Position numbers and translations under genes: made by a program. Positions 1-10,154 of a DNA stretch of 64,000 nt are shown one piece after another (positions within the stretch are counted from its first letter, which is position 1; each line of letters opens with the position of its first letter). Origin of the DNA: Fibrobacterota bacterium. Its GTDB lineage: Bacteria; Fibrobacterota; Fibrobacteria; UBA11236. Under the pieces are notes generated by a model. It ran no database searches. It was not told the origin of the DNA and worked only from the letters and a program-made list of their open reading frames with translations. Location: positions 14,923 through 78,922 of the forward strand of contig CANIEU010000009.1 in assembly GCA_947466585.1 (NCBI GenBank), given 5' to 3'.

Positions 1-1
1 C

Positions 2-2383
2 AGCCTCTTCTTCGCACAAGGCTACGTCACCGCCCGCGACCGCCTTTGGCAGATGGACATTCAAAGCCGGGCCGGCATGGGTCGCCTCTCTGAAATCATG
101 GGTCCTTCGTTGGTCCGTTTCGACCAAGAACGCCGACGCATGGGAATGCCCGAAGCGGCGGCTGCCTCGCTCGAACGTATGCTCGCCGACTCCTTGACCC
201 GGGTGGCTCTCGAAGCCTATACCGAAGGTGTGAATGCGTGGATAACCAACCTAAAACCTGCGACTTACCCGCTTGAGTTCAAGTTGCTCGATTACGCCCC
301 CGAGCTTTGGACACCGCTTAAAAGTGCCGTGCTCATCAAGAACCTGCAGTGGACCCTGTCCCAAAGTGTCGACGACACGCGGCTCTCCCACGTACTTGAT
401 TCCCTCGGGTCGGGATTCTTCTCGCGCTACTATCCCGCGCGGCATCCCGGTGCGGAACCGGTGTTCCCCCAAGAGGTTTATCCCGGCGTCGATTCGACGC
501 ATGTTGGGAGTCGAGAAGCAGATCGAGGCGCAGGTCGAGAGGCGGGTCGAGGGATTGCGCAGGCCAACGCGTTGTCCGAGACTCCGGGCATCCTTCCTTC
601 GGGTCCGGTGGCAGGCGCGGCCCTTCAATCTCCCTCGATCACTTCTACCGGTCTTAAAGCCTGGTCCGACTCCCTGTGGCCGCGCCCGAATCGCGCCTCA
701 GGCTCGAACAACTTCGTCCTTGCCGGAACGCGCACCCGCACGGGTTACCCGATCCTCGCGAACGACCCGCATCTCGATCTGACCTTGCCTTCGTTGTGGT
801 ACGAGACACAGCTCAAGTCGGGTCCGGTGAACGCCTACGGCGTGAGCCTTCCGGGTTTGCCCGGTATCGTGATCGGGTTCACGGAGTCGACGGCGTGGGG
901 CCTCACCAACGGCATGGACGACGTGTACGATTGGGTGGCGCCCCAGTTCCGCAACGACTCGCTCAACCAATATTTGTGGCGCGGTCGGTGGCGCACTGTA
1001 CGTCGCGTGATCGATACGATCTTGGTACGCGGTAGCGAACCCGTGGTGGATACCCAGTTGTGGACGCACCTCGGGCCGGTGCCCGTGTTGCGCGGCGAAG
1101 CGCCCTTCGGTCCGAACACGCCGCCGCTCCACGCCCTGCAATGGACGGCGCTGCATCCCTCCAATGAGCCCGCGGCCTTTTTGCGGATGATGTCCGTCAA
1201 AAGTGTTTCCGACCTGGCGCGCATGTCGCGGTTTCTGGAAACACCCACGCAGAACGTGGCCTTCGTTACGCGCCGCGATATCGCCCTGTTCCACCAGGGG
1301 CGCATTCCCGAGAAGAGGGCGGGGCAGGGGAGACTGCTGGCCCGCGGCACAAGCGCCTCGACCTACAACAGTTCTTACAGCAGTGAGTGGCGCGCCTACA
1401 TTCCGGCCTCCGAGTTGCCGTTCGCGATCAACCCCGCACGGGGCTGGCTCGGCTCCGCCAATCAGGAGGCCACAAATGAAAAGTACCCTTGGTATCTCGG
1501 TTCCGATTTTTATCCTCCCGAACGCTCGCAGCGTTTGAACCGCCTGCTCGTCAACGAACAGGACGCAACCCTCTCTTCGGCCTGGAACATTTTGCTCGAC
1601 GATTACAGTCGACTCGCCGCCCGCGCCCTTCCGTTGCTGCTCCGGCACCTACCGGCACACGATTCGACCGCAACCGATACCGCACGTGCCGCCACCAACC
1701 AGCACTCTGCCGATTTACTCAGGGCCTGGGATTATCGCTACGCCGCCGGAGCGCAGGCGCCGGTGCTGTTCGATTTGTGGTGGGCGGAATTTTATCGCAT
1801 GGTGTGGATCGACGACTTGCGCGGAGACTTCGATGCCTACGTGCGCCCGTCGCGTGCGGTGACCTTGGCCTTGCTCGCCGGCGATACGCTCGATGAGGCC
1901 TTCGACGACATCCGCACGCAAACGGTGGAATCTGCAGGGGATTTGGCGCGCACCGCCTTCGCACATGCCTTACAAAAGGCGCGCCGCGCCGGGGCCGGCA
2001 AACCCAATCCCTTCAGTTGGGGGAATGCGGAGGTGGGGGAGATCCCTGTTTGGGGACGCTACCGTCCCTTGTCGATCCCGCACGTTCTGGGCCTCGCGCC
2101 GCTCGGTGTTTCGGGTCTGTCCGCCGATGGTTGCGGCGAGTGCTTGAACGCGCAACGCGGGAGCCACGGCCCTTCTTGGCGCATGGTGGTACAAACCGGC
2201 AAACGGCCCGAGGCGTGGGGCATCTACCCCGGAGGCCAAACGGGAAACCCTGGTTCGTCGCGCTACGATGCCTTCGTCAAGGATTGGGCGGCGGGGCGCG
2301 CCTATCGTCTGCTCTTCCTCAATTGGCCGCTCGAAGTTCCCGATTCGACCGGGTACATTCTGGCGCTGAAAGGCAAACGATGA
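2..2383 (+). CDS. Penicillin acylase family (Ntn-hydrolase, peptidase S45); 5'-truncated by the window edge
   Basis: Frame is open from nt 2 (SLFFAQGYVTARDRLWQMD). Beta-subunit start GSNNFV, plus ANDPHL and PGGQTG motifs. Confidence 0.9.
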   Translation, partial: SLFFAQGYVTARDRLWQMDIQSRAGMGRLSEIMGPSLVRFDQERRRMGMPEAAAASLERMLADSLTRVALEAYTEGVNAWITNLKPATYPLEFKLLDYAPELWTPLKSAVLIKNLQWTLSQSVDDTRLSHVLDSLGSGFFSRYYPARHPGAEPVFPQEVYPGVDSTHVGSREADRGAGREAGRGIAQANALSETPGILPSGPVAGAALQSPSITSTGLKAWSDSLWPRPNRASGSNNFVLAGTRTRTGYPILANDPHLDLTLPSLWYETQLKSGPVNAYGVSLPGLPGIVIGFTESTAWGLTNGMDDVYDWVAPQFRNDSLNQYLWRGRWRTVRRVIDTILVRGSEPVVDTQLWTHLGPVPVLRGEAPFGPNTPPLHALQWTALHPSNEPAAFLRMMSVKSVSDLARMSRFLETPTQNVAFVTRRDIALFHQGRIPEKRAGQGRLLARGTSASTYNSSYSSEWRAYIPASELPFAINPARGWLGSANQEATNEKYPWYLGSDFYPPERSQRLNRLLVNEQDATLSSAWNILLDDYSRLAARALPLLLRHLPAHDSTATDTARAATNQHSADLLRAWDYRYAAGAQAPVLFDLWWAEFYRMVWIDDLRGDFDAYVRPSRAVTLALLAGDTLDEAFDDIRTQTVESAGDLARTAFAHALQKARRAGAGKPNPFSWGNAEVGEIPVWGRYRPLSIPHVLGLAPLGVSGLSADGCGECLNAQRGSHGPSWRMVVQTGKRPEAWGIYPGGQTGNPGSSRYDAFVKDWAAGRAYRLLFLNWPLEVPDSTGYILALKGKR

Positions 2384-2408
2384 GCGGAATTCTGAAACGA
2401 GGTCGGCC

Positions 2409-2801
2409 GTGATTCGCGCGCCGCTGATGTTTCTCATGTGCCTGCTCGGCGGAATGGTTTTTCCGTGGTGGTGGCCCGCCGTACCCGGACTGATCGCCGG
2501 GTTCTGGAAACCGGCCCGATTGGTGCGCGGCTTTCTGGCATCCGCTCTCGGGGCCTCTCTGGCCTGGGTGGTGGTGGCGATCTGGTACGATGCCCGTAAT
2601 CAAGGTTTGCTCTCGGGGCGCATCGCACCACTGTTCCATCTTCCCGGTCCCGGAGGATTGATTTTCGCCGCAGGCGTAGTGGGCGGTGTTTCCGGAGGCC
2701 TCGGGTCACTGTTCGGCGCGTGGTTTCGGCGCTTTTGGGCCAGCCTGCATGACGCCTTGGTCGAGGTCGCGGCACCCGTTCCGGACGAAGAGGATGAGTA
2801 G
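2409..2801 (+). CDS. Small multi-pass membrane protein, unknown function
   Basis: 130 aa, several hydrophobic Gly-rich segments, acidic tail; directly follows the acylase. Confidence 0.7.
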   Translation: MIRAPLMFLMCLLGGMVFPWWWPAVPGLIAGFWKPARLVRGFLASALGASLAWVVVAIWYDARNQGLLSGRIAPLFHLPGPGGLIFAAGVVGGVSGGLGSLFGAWFRRFWASLHDALVEVAAPVPDEEDE

Positions 2802-2961
2802 AGGGTAGTAGGTAGACGGTAGATGGTAGTCGATAAAGAAAGAAGGACAAGAACAAGAACAACCCCTTTCCGGTCCGCTGCCTAAATTCTAATCCTCGGG
2901 ATATCGTTTTTTCTGGAATCTCATCAGTCTACCTACTACCGTCTACCGTCTACCTACTATC
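2797..2961. repeat. Heptamer-array inverted-repeat element (GGTAGNN arm ... NNCTACC arm)
   Basis: GGTAGTA-GGTAGAC-GGTAGAT-GGTAGTC at 2804-2831; GTCTACC-TACTACC-GTCTACC-GTCTACC at 2927-2954. Confidence 0.85.
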
Positions 2962-2970
2962 TTACCCCCC

Positions 2971-3567
2971 ATGCAAAATCTGACCGATTCCATTCAGCGT
3001 TCCCTGGACTCGTCCCGCGATGTTTTGGCCGCGTTCGTCGCCGATCGTGAAAACGCCGCCACCATACGGCGCATGGCCGAAGCCGTGGCCGCGTGCTTTC
3101 AGGCCGGCAACAAGGTGCTCTCCTGCGGAAACGGCGGCTCCGCCTGCGACGCGCTGCACTTCGCCGAAGAATTCACCGGGCGCTTCAAGGGTGACCGCAA
3201 GGCCCTGCCGGTCATTCCGCTGCTCGACGGCGCGAACCTCACCTGCATCGCCAACGACTACGGCTTCGAGCACATCTTCTCGCGCGGTGTCGAAGCTTAC
3301 GGTAAGCCGGGCGACATGCTGCTCGCCATTTCTACCAGCGGCAATTCGGTCAATGTGATTCGGGGCATTGAGGCCGCGCGCGCGGGTGGTCTCAAGGTAT
3401 TGCTCTTCACGGGCAAGGATGGCGGAAAATTGCACGGAACCTGTGACGAAGAAGTTCTCGTGAAGTCCGTCGACACCGAACGCATTCAGGAAGCGCACAT
3501 GGTCGCGCTGCACATCCTCATCGAGTCGGTGGAGCGGATTTTGTTCCCGGAGAATTACAAGGACTAA
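2971..3567 (+). CDS. gmhA: D-sedoheptulose 7-phosphate isomerase
   Basis: CGNGGSACDALHF, ANDYG, STSGNS and ERIQEAH motifs (SIS domain). Confidence 0.93.
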   Translation: MQNLTDSIQRSLDSSRDVLAAFVADRENAATIRRMAEAVAACFQAGNKVLSCGNGGSACDALHFAEEFTGRFKGDRKALPVIPLLDGANLTCIANDYGFEHIFSRGVEAYGKPGDMLLAISTSGNSVNVIRGIEAARAGGLKVLLFTGKDGGKLHGTCDEEVLVKSVDTERIQEAHMVALHILIESVERILFPENYKD

Positions 3568-4257
3568 TCAGCCCTGCCCGTAGCTCGCATTCGGGCCGTG
3601 CTTGCGGTTGTAATGCTCGCTCAGAATGTGCCCGGGAATCGCGCCGATACCCGGGTTGAGCGCATACGTGCGCTGGGCCATTTCGGCCACGTGTTCCAGA
3701 GCCACCGCATTCTTGAGCGCCTGTGAGGCGCTCTTTCCCCACACGAACGGCGCATGATGCGCCACCAAAACCGCAGGCATGTCGAGCGGATTGATGTGTT
3801 CGAAGCGCTCGATGATGACCTTGCCGGTGTTGCCTTCATAGTCCGCGGCGATTTCCTCGGGCGTGAGATTACGGGTGACCGGGATGGTGCCCAGAAAATG
3901 GTCGGCGTGCGTGGTGCCGAGGCAGGGGATTTCGCGCAAGGCTTGGGCGAAGGCGACCGCATAAGTGCTATGCGTATGCACGATGCCGCCCACACCGGGG
4001 AACGCGCGATAAAGCATCACGTGGGTGATGGTATCCACCGAAGACCGGAGGGAACCTTCGACTTTCTTGTTTTCGAGGTCGACCACCACCATGTCTTCGG
4101 GCTTGAGTTTGGAATAGGCCACGCCGCTCGGCTTGATCACGACCAGACCCGTGTCACGGTCGATGCCGCTGACGTTTCCCCAGGTCAAGCCGGCGAGCGC
4201 GAGGCGTTCGATGTCTTTGTTGGCTTCGAGAACTTCGATTTTCAGGGCTTCCAGCAT
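3568..4257 (-). CDS. araD: L-ribulose-5-phosphate 4-epimerase
   Basis: TWGNVS, IKPSG, HTHS, GTTHADHF and RKHG..A.YGQ motifs; start placed at MLEALK (ATG 4257). Confidence 0.93.
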   Translation of the reverse strand: MLEALKIEVLEANKDIERLALAGLTWGNVSGIDRDTGLVVIKPSGVAYSKLKPEDMVVVDLENKKVEGSLRSSVDTITHVMLYRAFPGVGGIVHTHSTYAVAFAQALREIPCLGTTHADHFLGTIPVTRNLTPEEIAADYEGNTGKVIIERFEHINPLDMPAVLVAHHAPFVWGKSASQALKNAVALEHVAEMAQRTYALNPGIGAIPGHILSEHYNRKHGPNASYGQG

Positions 4258-4334
4258 GGTCTTTTCCTTTGTTTGCCTGTGTTCAGGCGAATCTGGCAAG
4301 TTCTTGTTTTAATAGGGCTTGCGCGAATTGTGTT

Positions 4335-6035
4335 CTAGTTTCCCGCCTCGGCGCGGATCTGCAATAATTCCTTCATGACGTGGAACAATTCGGTTCCGTT
4401 TGTTTTGGTTGTACCAAAGGCGTCATGGAGATCGACGTAGAGGGCGTAGAGTTTTCGGTACGTTGCATGGGCTGCCGGGTCCGGCTGGTAAACCGTGTCC
4501 CGGAGTCCGCACAAGGCGGCCTGCGCCGCCGCCGTGTCGGCGAAACCACCTGCGGAGACCCCTGCCGCCACTGCACCGAAGGCAGCCGCGCCGAGTGCGC
4601 AGGTTTGAGCGCTGCGAGCGACCTTCATGGGGCGGCCGGTGATGTCGGCGTAGGTTTGTATGAGCAAGGCGTTTTTGTCGGCGAGGCCGCCGCAGTTGAT
4701 AACTTCGCGCACCGGTACGCCGTATTCTTCGATGCGCTCGATGATGCGCAAGGCTCCGTAAGCGGTGGCTTCGATCAGTGCGCGATAGATCTCGTGGGCC
4801 TTTGTATGCAGGGTCTGACCCAGCAGCAGGCCGGTGAGTCGTTGGTCGACAAGGATGGTACGGTTCCCGTTGTTCCAGTCGAGCGCGAGCAGGCCGCTGG
4901 CTCCCGGGGCGAGTTTCGCCGCTTCGCGTTCGAGCGCGGCGAATTTTTCGCCCGGCGTGGCACCGTACGACTCGGGCACATGGTTGTGCACGTACCAGAG
5001 GAAGATGTCGCCTACGGCGCTCTGTCCGGCTTCGATGCCGAAATACCCACCGAGTACGGATCCGTTCACGATGCCGCATACGCCGGGAATGTCTTCGAGC
5101 GGTCGGTCGGCGGGTGAGACCATGATATCGCAGGTGCTGGTGCCGAGGATTTTGACGAGGCTGCCTTCGCCGACTCCCGCACCCACGGCCCCCATATGTG
5201 CGTCGAAAGCGCCCACGGCTACGGCGGTGCCGGCACGCAATCCGGTTTTATGGGCCCACTCTTCCGAAAGCCCGCCGGCACGCACGTCGGAGGCGTGCGC
5301 CATATCATAGAGGCGGGCGCGCAAATCAGCCAGGGCCGGGTCGAGCGAGGCGAGGAAGGCGGTGTCTGGCAGTCCGCCCCAGGCGGGATTGAACATCGCT
5401 TTGTGTCCGGCGGCGCAGACGCTGCGCAGAAGTTTATCGGGCCGCGTTTCACCGGTGAGTACGGCGGGCAGAAAGTCGCACAGTTCGACCCAGGAATGAG
5501 CGGCGGCGAATACGGCAGGTGCGGTGTTTTTGCAATGCCAGATTTTGGCCCAGAACCATTCCGACGAATAGGTGCCGCCGCATTTGGCGAGGTACTGGGG
5601 CCGCTGCGCTTGCGCGGCGGCCGTGAGCGCCGCCGCTTCGGCATGCGAGGTGTGATCCTTCCAGAGCCAGCATTCTGCCGCGAGCAGGCCGCGGTATTCC
5701 GGGAGCAAGGCGAGCGGGGTGCCGTTGTGGTCGACAGGGAGAACCGTACTCCCGGTGGTGTCGACACCGATGCCGATCACTTCCGAGGGATCAAATGCCG
5801 GTTCCGCTTTGCGTGCTTCCGCAAGCACGCCGATCAGCAGCGCCTCAAGGCCGAGCAGATAATCACCGGGGTGTTGCCGTGCGATGTGCGGATCGGATGG
5901 GTCCGTCAGCACGCCGAGGTGACCGGAGGGATAGTCGAATACGGTGGTGGCGAGTTCGCGTCCGTTTGCGAGGTCGATGAGCAGGGCACGGCAGGAGTTG
6001 GTGCCGTAGTCGAGTCCGATGGCGTAACGAGACAA
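4335..6035 (-). CDS. araB: Ribulokinase
   Basis: IGLDYGT, WKDHTS, YSSEWFWAK, AFDAHMGAVG and DWNNGNRT motifs; adjacent to araD. Confidence 0.93.
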   Translation of the reverse strand: MSRYAIGLDYGTNSCRALLIDLANGRELATTVFDYPSGHLGVLTDPSDPHIARQHPGDYLLGLEALLIGVLAEARKAEPAFDPSEVIGIGVDTTGSTVLPVDHNGTPLALLPEYRGLLAAECWLWKDHTSHAEAAALTAAAQAQRPQYLAKCGGTYSSEWFWAKIWHCKNTAPAVFAAAHSWVELCDFLPAVLTGETRPDKLLRSVCAAGHKAMFNPAWGGLPDTAFLASLDPALADLRARLYDMAHASDVRAGGLSEEWAHKTGLRAGTAVAVGAFDAHMGAVGAGVGEGSLVKILGTSTCDIMVSPADRPLEDIPGVCGIVNGSVLGGYFGIEAGQSAVGDIFLWYVHNHVPESYGATPGEKFAALEREAAKLAPGASGLLALDWNNGNRTILVDQRLTGLLLGQTLHTKAHEIYRALIEATAYGALRIIERIEEYGVPVREVINCGGLADKNALLIQTYADITGRPMKVARSAQTCALGAAAFGAVAAGVSAGGFADTAAAQAALCGLRDTVYQPDPAAHATYRKLYALYVDLHDAFGTTKTNGTELFHVMKELLQIRAEAGN

Positions 6036-6197
6036 ACAATTCCTCGCAGTTCGGTGAGAGCTGAAGAAGCGGAAAATGAAATTTTAACTGAATATAGGCC
6101 GTCGCACGCGACTCGATGCCGGATTTATGAGGGAAGATCGAAGCAAGAGTTTTCGATTCTCTCGTCCGTTCAATACGTCACAAATTAATGGGTCCAG

Positions 6198-6623
6198 TCA
6201 AAGAGCGGGCTGGGCGCGACGGCGACGATCCCAGCGGCGAGCCGCCCAAAAACCCAATAAAATTCCGGCGATGTCGACCGCCAGATCCTTGAGATCGAAC
6301 GTCCGGTTGGGCGTGAACAGCTGATGAATTTCGTCTAGCAGGCCGTAGAGCACGCCCACAGCCGGGGCGATCCATCCGCCCTTGGTCCAATGCAAAACCT
6401 CGTTGCCCAGCAACCGGGCCGTGAGGCCGGAACGAAAGGCGATCAGCACGCCGAGTCCGAAATAGGTGATGCCGTGCGCGACCTTGTCGGCGAAGGGAAA
6501 GTGCGGCAAGGGAAGATCCTGTCCGGGAATGCTGGACAAATAGAAGATGCCGCCCATGTAGAGCAGCGCGGCGAACCAGCCGAGGCGCGCGAAGATTCGG
6601 CGACCGGTATGCTTGCGGGGCAT
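6198..6623 (-). CDS. VanZ-like family membrane protein
   Basis: DKVAH..Y and DEIHQLFTPNRT...D...D motifs. Confidence 0.85.
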   Translation of the reverse strand: MPRKHTGRRIFARLGWFAALLYMGGIFYLSSIPGQDLPLPHFPFADKVAHGITYFGLGVLIAFRSGLTARLLGNEVLHWTKGGWIAPAVGVLYGLLDEIHQLFTPNRTFDLKDLAVDIAGILLGFWAARRWDRRRRAQPAL

Positions 6624-6646
6624 GCCGGTGCCGGGAACTTCGTGAA

Positions 6647-9256
6647 TCAGGCTTCAGGCTCCCCGTCGGTGGCATCCTGGGCTTCGTCAGCCACGGTATC
6701 CTCCGCTTCGGTTTCACCGTCGGTCTCCACGACAGGACCGGCTTCCGCCGCCTGCTGTGCGCGGGCCTGTTCGGCCGACTCAAGCTTCTCGGGATCGACG
6801 TCGTCCTTCTCGACGATGGTCACGCCGGTGACGGCGTCGCCTTCTTCGAGTCGGATCACGCGCACGCCCTGCGTGTCGCGACCGATCACGTTGATACCCC
6901 CGACTTCCTGCCGGATGATGTTACCCGTGCGGGTGATGATCAGGATTTCCTGATCTTCGCGCACCGACGCCATGCAAACGGCCGGCCCGGTCTTTTCGGT
7001 GATGCGGAAGTTGCGCACGCCCTTGCCGCCGCGGCCTGTGACGCGATATTCACCGGGTTCGGTGCGTTTGCCAGAGCCGTTTTCGGTAATGGTCAGTACG
7101 GTGATACCGTCTTCGACCACGTTCATCCCGATCACGACATCGCCTTCTTCGAGGTTGATGCCGCGTACGCCGCGGGTACCGCGTCCCATGGAACGGAACT
7201 TGCCCATGCCGAAGCGGTTGGCTTGTCCGAGGCGCGTGCCGATCATCACATCGTTAGCCGGGGAGGCCAACGCCACGCTGACGAGGCGATCGCCTTCGTT
7301 GAGTTCGATGGCGTTGATACCCGCCTGACGCGGACGTGAGTAAGCCTCCAGCGACATTTTGTTGATGACGCCGCGTTCGGTCGCGAACACGAGGAAGCGC
7401 GGATCTTCAAAGCCGCGCACCGGTACGAATGCGCTGACCTTCTCATCAGGTTGCAACTGGATCAGGTTGATCACCGCCTTGCCCTTGGCCGTGCGGGCCG
7501 CCTCGGGAATGAGGTGAACGCGCAACCAGTGGCAGCGGCCGAGGTTGGTAAACACCAACACGAAGCCGTGGGTCCAACCCACGAACAGGTGCTCGACGAA
7601 ATCTTCGTCTTTGAGGCCGGCTGCGGAGATGCCGCGTCCGCCACGACCCTGCAACTTGTAGGCGTCGGTACCGATGCGTTTGATGTAGCCGCCGTGCGAG
7701 ACGGTGATGACCATCGGTTCGTTGGGGATGAGGTCGAGCGCGTCGATGTCGTCGGCGTGATCCATGATCGCCGTGCGGCGTTCATCGCCGTGCTTTTCGA
7801 CGATGGCGATGAGTTCGCCCTCGATGATGGCCATGCGGCGGTCGCGGCTGCCGAGGATGTCTTGGAGATCGGCGATGGTTTTGAGGAGTTCCTGATACTC
7901 GTGCTCGATCTTGTCGCGCTCGAGACCGGTCAGGCGTTGCAGACGCATTTCGAGGATGGCGTCGGCCTGGCGTTCGGAGAGTTCGAACTGCTCCATCAAG
8001 CCTGCGCGCGCGGCGGAAGTGTCGTTGCTGGCGCGAATCAGCGCCACGATGGAATCGATATGGTCGAGCGCGATGCGCAGACCTTCGAGGATGTGCGCGC
8101 GGTCTTGTGCCTTGCGCAGGTCGAAGGCGGTGCGGCGTTCCACCACGTTGTGGCGGTGCTTGAGGAAGTAGAACACCAGATCGCGCAGGCCGAGGGTGCG
8201 CGGACGGCCTTCCACCAGAGCCAGATTGTTGATGCCGAAGGTTTCCTGCAATTGCGTGTGCTTGTACAGGGTGTTCAGCACCACTTCGGCAAAGGCGTCC
8301 TTTTTGAGCTCGATGATGATGCTCATGCCGTTGCGATCGCTCTCGTCGCGCAGGTCGGAGATGCCTTCGACTTCTTTGTCACGCACGAGCGCTGCCATTT
8401 TTTCGAGCAAGGTGGTCTTGTTGACCTGGTAGGGGATTTCCGATACCACGATGCGGTTGCGGCCGTTGGCCATTTCCTCGATCTCGCAACGTCCGCGCAC
8501 GACCACGCGCCCACGGCCCGTGAGATAGGCGTCGCGGATGCCGCTGCGGCCGTGGATGATGCCGCCGGTGGGGAAGTCGGGGCCGCTGACGAAAGGGAGC
8601 AAATCTTCCGCGCTGATGTCGGGGTTGTGGATCATCGCGATACAGGCGTTCACGATCTCACGCAGGTTGTGGGGGGCCATGTTGGTGGCCATACCTACCG
8701 CGATGCCCGTGCTGCCATTGACGAGCAGGTTGGGGAAGGCGGACGGAAGAACGGTCGGTTCCTTCAGGGACTCGTCGTAGTTCGGGACGAAGTCGACCGT
8801 ATCCTTGTCGAGATCCTGCAACACGAGCTCGGCGATTTTGTCCATGCGGGCTTCGGTGTAACGCATGGCCGCAGCGCGGTCGCCGTCGATGGACCCGAAG
8901 TTGCCCTGACCATCGACTAGCGGATACCGCATCGAGAAGCCTTGGGCGAGACGCACCAGCGTATCATAGATCGATGAGTCGCCGTGCGGATGGTACTTGC
9001 CCATCACCTCACCGACGATATTGGCGGACTTCTTGTAGGGCTTGTCGTTGGAAAGCGAAAGCGTGTCCATACCGAACAACACGCGCCGATGCACGGGCTT
9101 CAGTCCGTCGCGGACGTCGGGAAGGGCGCGCGACACGATCACGGACATCGAGTACCGGAGGTACGACATCTTCATCTCGTCTTCGATGAAGGCGTCGACC
9201 ACCTTTCCGCTGTTCGTGCCCCCGGCTGCGGGGATGGCGCTGATTTCGTTGCTCAT
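6647..9256 (-). CDS. gyrA: DNA gyrase subunit A
   Basis: [29 protein letters not shown] and GyrA-box QGRGGRG; acidic tail. Confidence 0.97.
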   Translation of the reverse strand: MSNEISAIPAAGGTNSGKVVDAFIEDEMKMSYLRYSMSVIVSRALPDVRDGLKPVHRRVLFGMDTLSLSNDKPYKKSANIVGEVMGKYHPHGDSSIYDTLVRLAQGFSMRYPLVDGQGNFGSIDGDRAAAMRYTEARMDKIAELVLQDLDKDTVDFVPNYDESLKEPTVLPSAFPNLLVNGSTGIAVGMATNMAPHNLREIVNACIAMIHNPDISAEDLLPFVSGPDFPTGGIIHGRSGIRDAYLTGRGRVVVRGRCEIEEMANGRNRIVVSEIPYQVNKTTLLEKMAALVRDKEVEGISDLRDESDRNGMSIIIELKKDAFAEVVLNTLYKHTQLQETFGINNLALVEGRPRTLGLRDLVFYFLKHRHNVVERRTAFDLRKAQDRAHILEGLRIALDHIDSIVALIRASNDTSAARAGLMEQFELSERQADAILEMRLQRLTGLERDKIEHEYQELLKTIADLQDILGSRDRRMAIIEGELIAIVEKHGDERRTAIMDHADDIDALDLIPNEPMVITVSHGGYIKRIGTDAYKLQGRGGRGISAAGLKDEDFVEHLFVGWTHGFVLVFTNLGRCHWLRVHLIPEAARTAKGKAVINLIQLQPDEKVSAFVPVRGFEDPRFLVFATERGVINKMSLEAYSRPRQAGINAIELNEGDRLVSVALASPANDVMIGTRLGQANRFGMGKFRSMGRGTRGVRGINLEEGDVVIGMNVVEDGITVLTITENGSGKRTEPGEYRVTGRGGKGVRNFRITEKTGPAVCMASVREDQEILIITRTGNIIRQEVGGINVIGRDTQGVRVIRLEEGDAVTGVTIVEKDDVDPEKLESAEQARAQQAAEAGPVVETDGETEAEDTVADEAQDATDGEPEA

Positions 9257-9333
9257 GACGGTACTCCTGGACTTTTAACGAGAGAATTCAAGAAAATGCG
9301 GATCGGATCGAACGGTTTGAAAAACGGGTGCGG

Positions 9334-10149
9334 TTACCGCGCGGCTTGAATGGTTGCTTGAGTCGCAGCGGGGCTGGGCGAGAGACTGTTCAGCCAGGCG
9401 GCGCGGAGCTGAAGGTCGGCCAGGGCGGATTCGTCCGACTGGGAGACGCGCAGCGGCGTCACCGCGATGTAGTTCTCCCGCAGCACGGCGTCGTCGGTTC
9501 CCACCTCGAACAATTCGGCCGGTTTGTGACCGAGCAGGCGGTGGGCGGAAATTCCGTGCGAGGTGGTTTCGTCAACGTAGTGGTCTCGGAACATCACGGT
9601 GCTCATCCGCGTAAAACGGGAGCCGGCCACATCTGAGGGCGCACAGGCCGGGAAGTTGATGTTCCAGAAGGTTCCGGGCTTGGGCAGCGATTCCGGGGCC
9701 CGGAGCAGGTTCAGGAGCCATTCCAAGGCATATTCGAGATGCACCGGGGTGCTTTCGGAGAGGCTGACCGCCAGTGCGGGGATGTTCCACAGCGCGGCTT
9801 CGCGGGCGGCGGCCACGGTTCCGGAGTACACGGCGCTGATGCCTGCGTTTTCGCCGAGGTTCGGGCCCGAGATTACCACATCGGGAAGCTGGTCGCGCAA
9901 CAAATGCGACACGGCAAACTTGACGCAATCGCTGGGCGTTCCGTCGACCCGGTACAGCGGCCAAGGCGTGGTCATCTCTTGCTCGTAGGTGAGGAACTTG
10001 CCGGTACCATGCGTGAAGGCGTGCGACTTGCCGCTTTGATCGTTTGCGGGGGCGGCCACCACGACATCGTGCTCGCCCGCCAGTGCGTCCGCGGAGCGGT
10101 ACAGCACGGGGCTCAGAACGCCGTCGTCGTTGGTCAGGAGAATGCGCAT
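9334..10149 (-). CDS. surE: 5'/3'-nucleotidase SurE
   Basis: MRILLTNDDG start (ATG 10149), GTPSDCV, SGPNLGEN and YSGTVAAAREA motifs. Confidence 0.93.
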   Translation of the reverse strand: MRILLTNDDGVLSPVLYRSADALAGEHDVVVAAPANDQSGKSHAFTHGTGKFLTYEQEMTTPWPLYRVDGTPSDCVKFAVSHLLRDQLPDVVISGPNLGENAGISAVYSGTVAAAREAALWNIPALAVSLSESTPVHLEYALEWLLNLLRAPESLPKPGTFWNINFPACAPSDVAGSRFTRMSTVMFRDHYVDETTSHGISAHRLLGHKPAELFEVGTDDAVLRENYIAVTPLRVSQSDESALADLQLRAAWLNSLSPSPAATQATIQAAR

Positions 10150-10154
10150 GAAAC

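Noticed and set aside
2797..2961. CRISPR array interpretation of the heptamer repeats
   Set aside because: Units are 7 bp, tandem and inverted, with no spacers of constant length and no cas genes.
6170..6190. AraR-operator-like TACGTCACAAAT upstream of araB
   Set aside because: Only a half match that requires an insertion; not palindromic.
7451..8920. Long antisense ORFs (also 48440-50227, 34481-35983, 20363-21514 and others)
   Set aside because: Expected shadows of GC3-rich genes; no recognisable domains.
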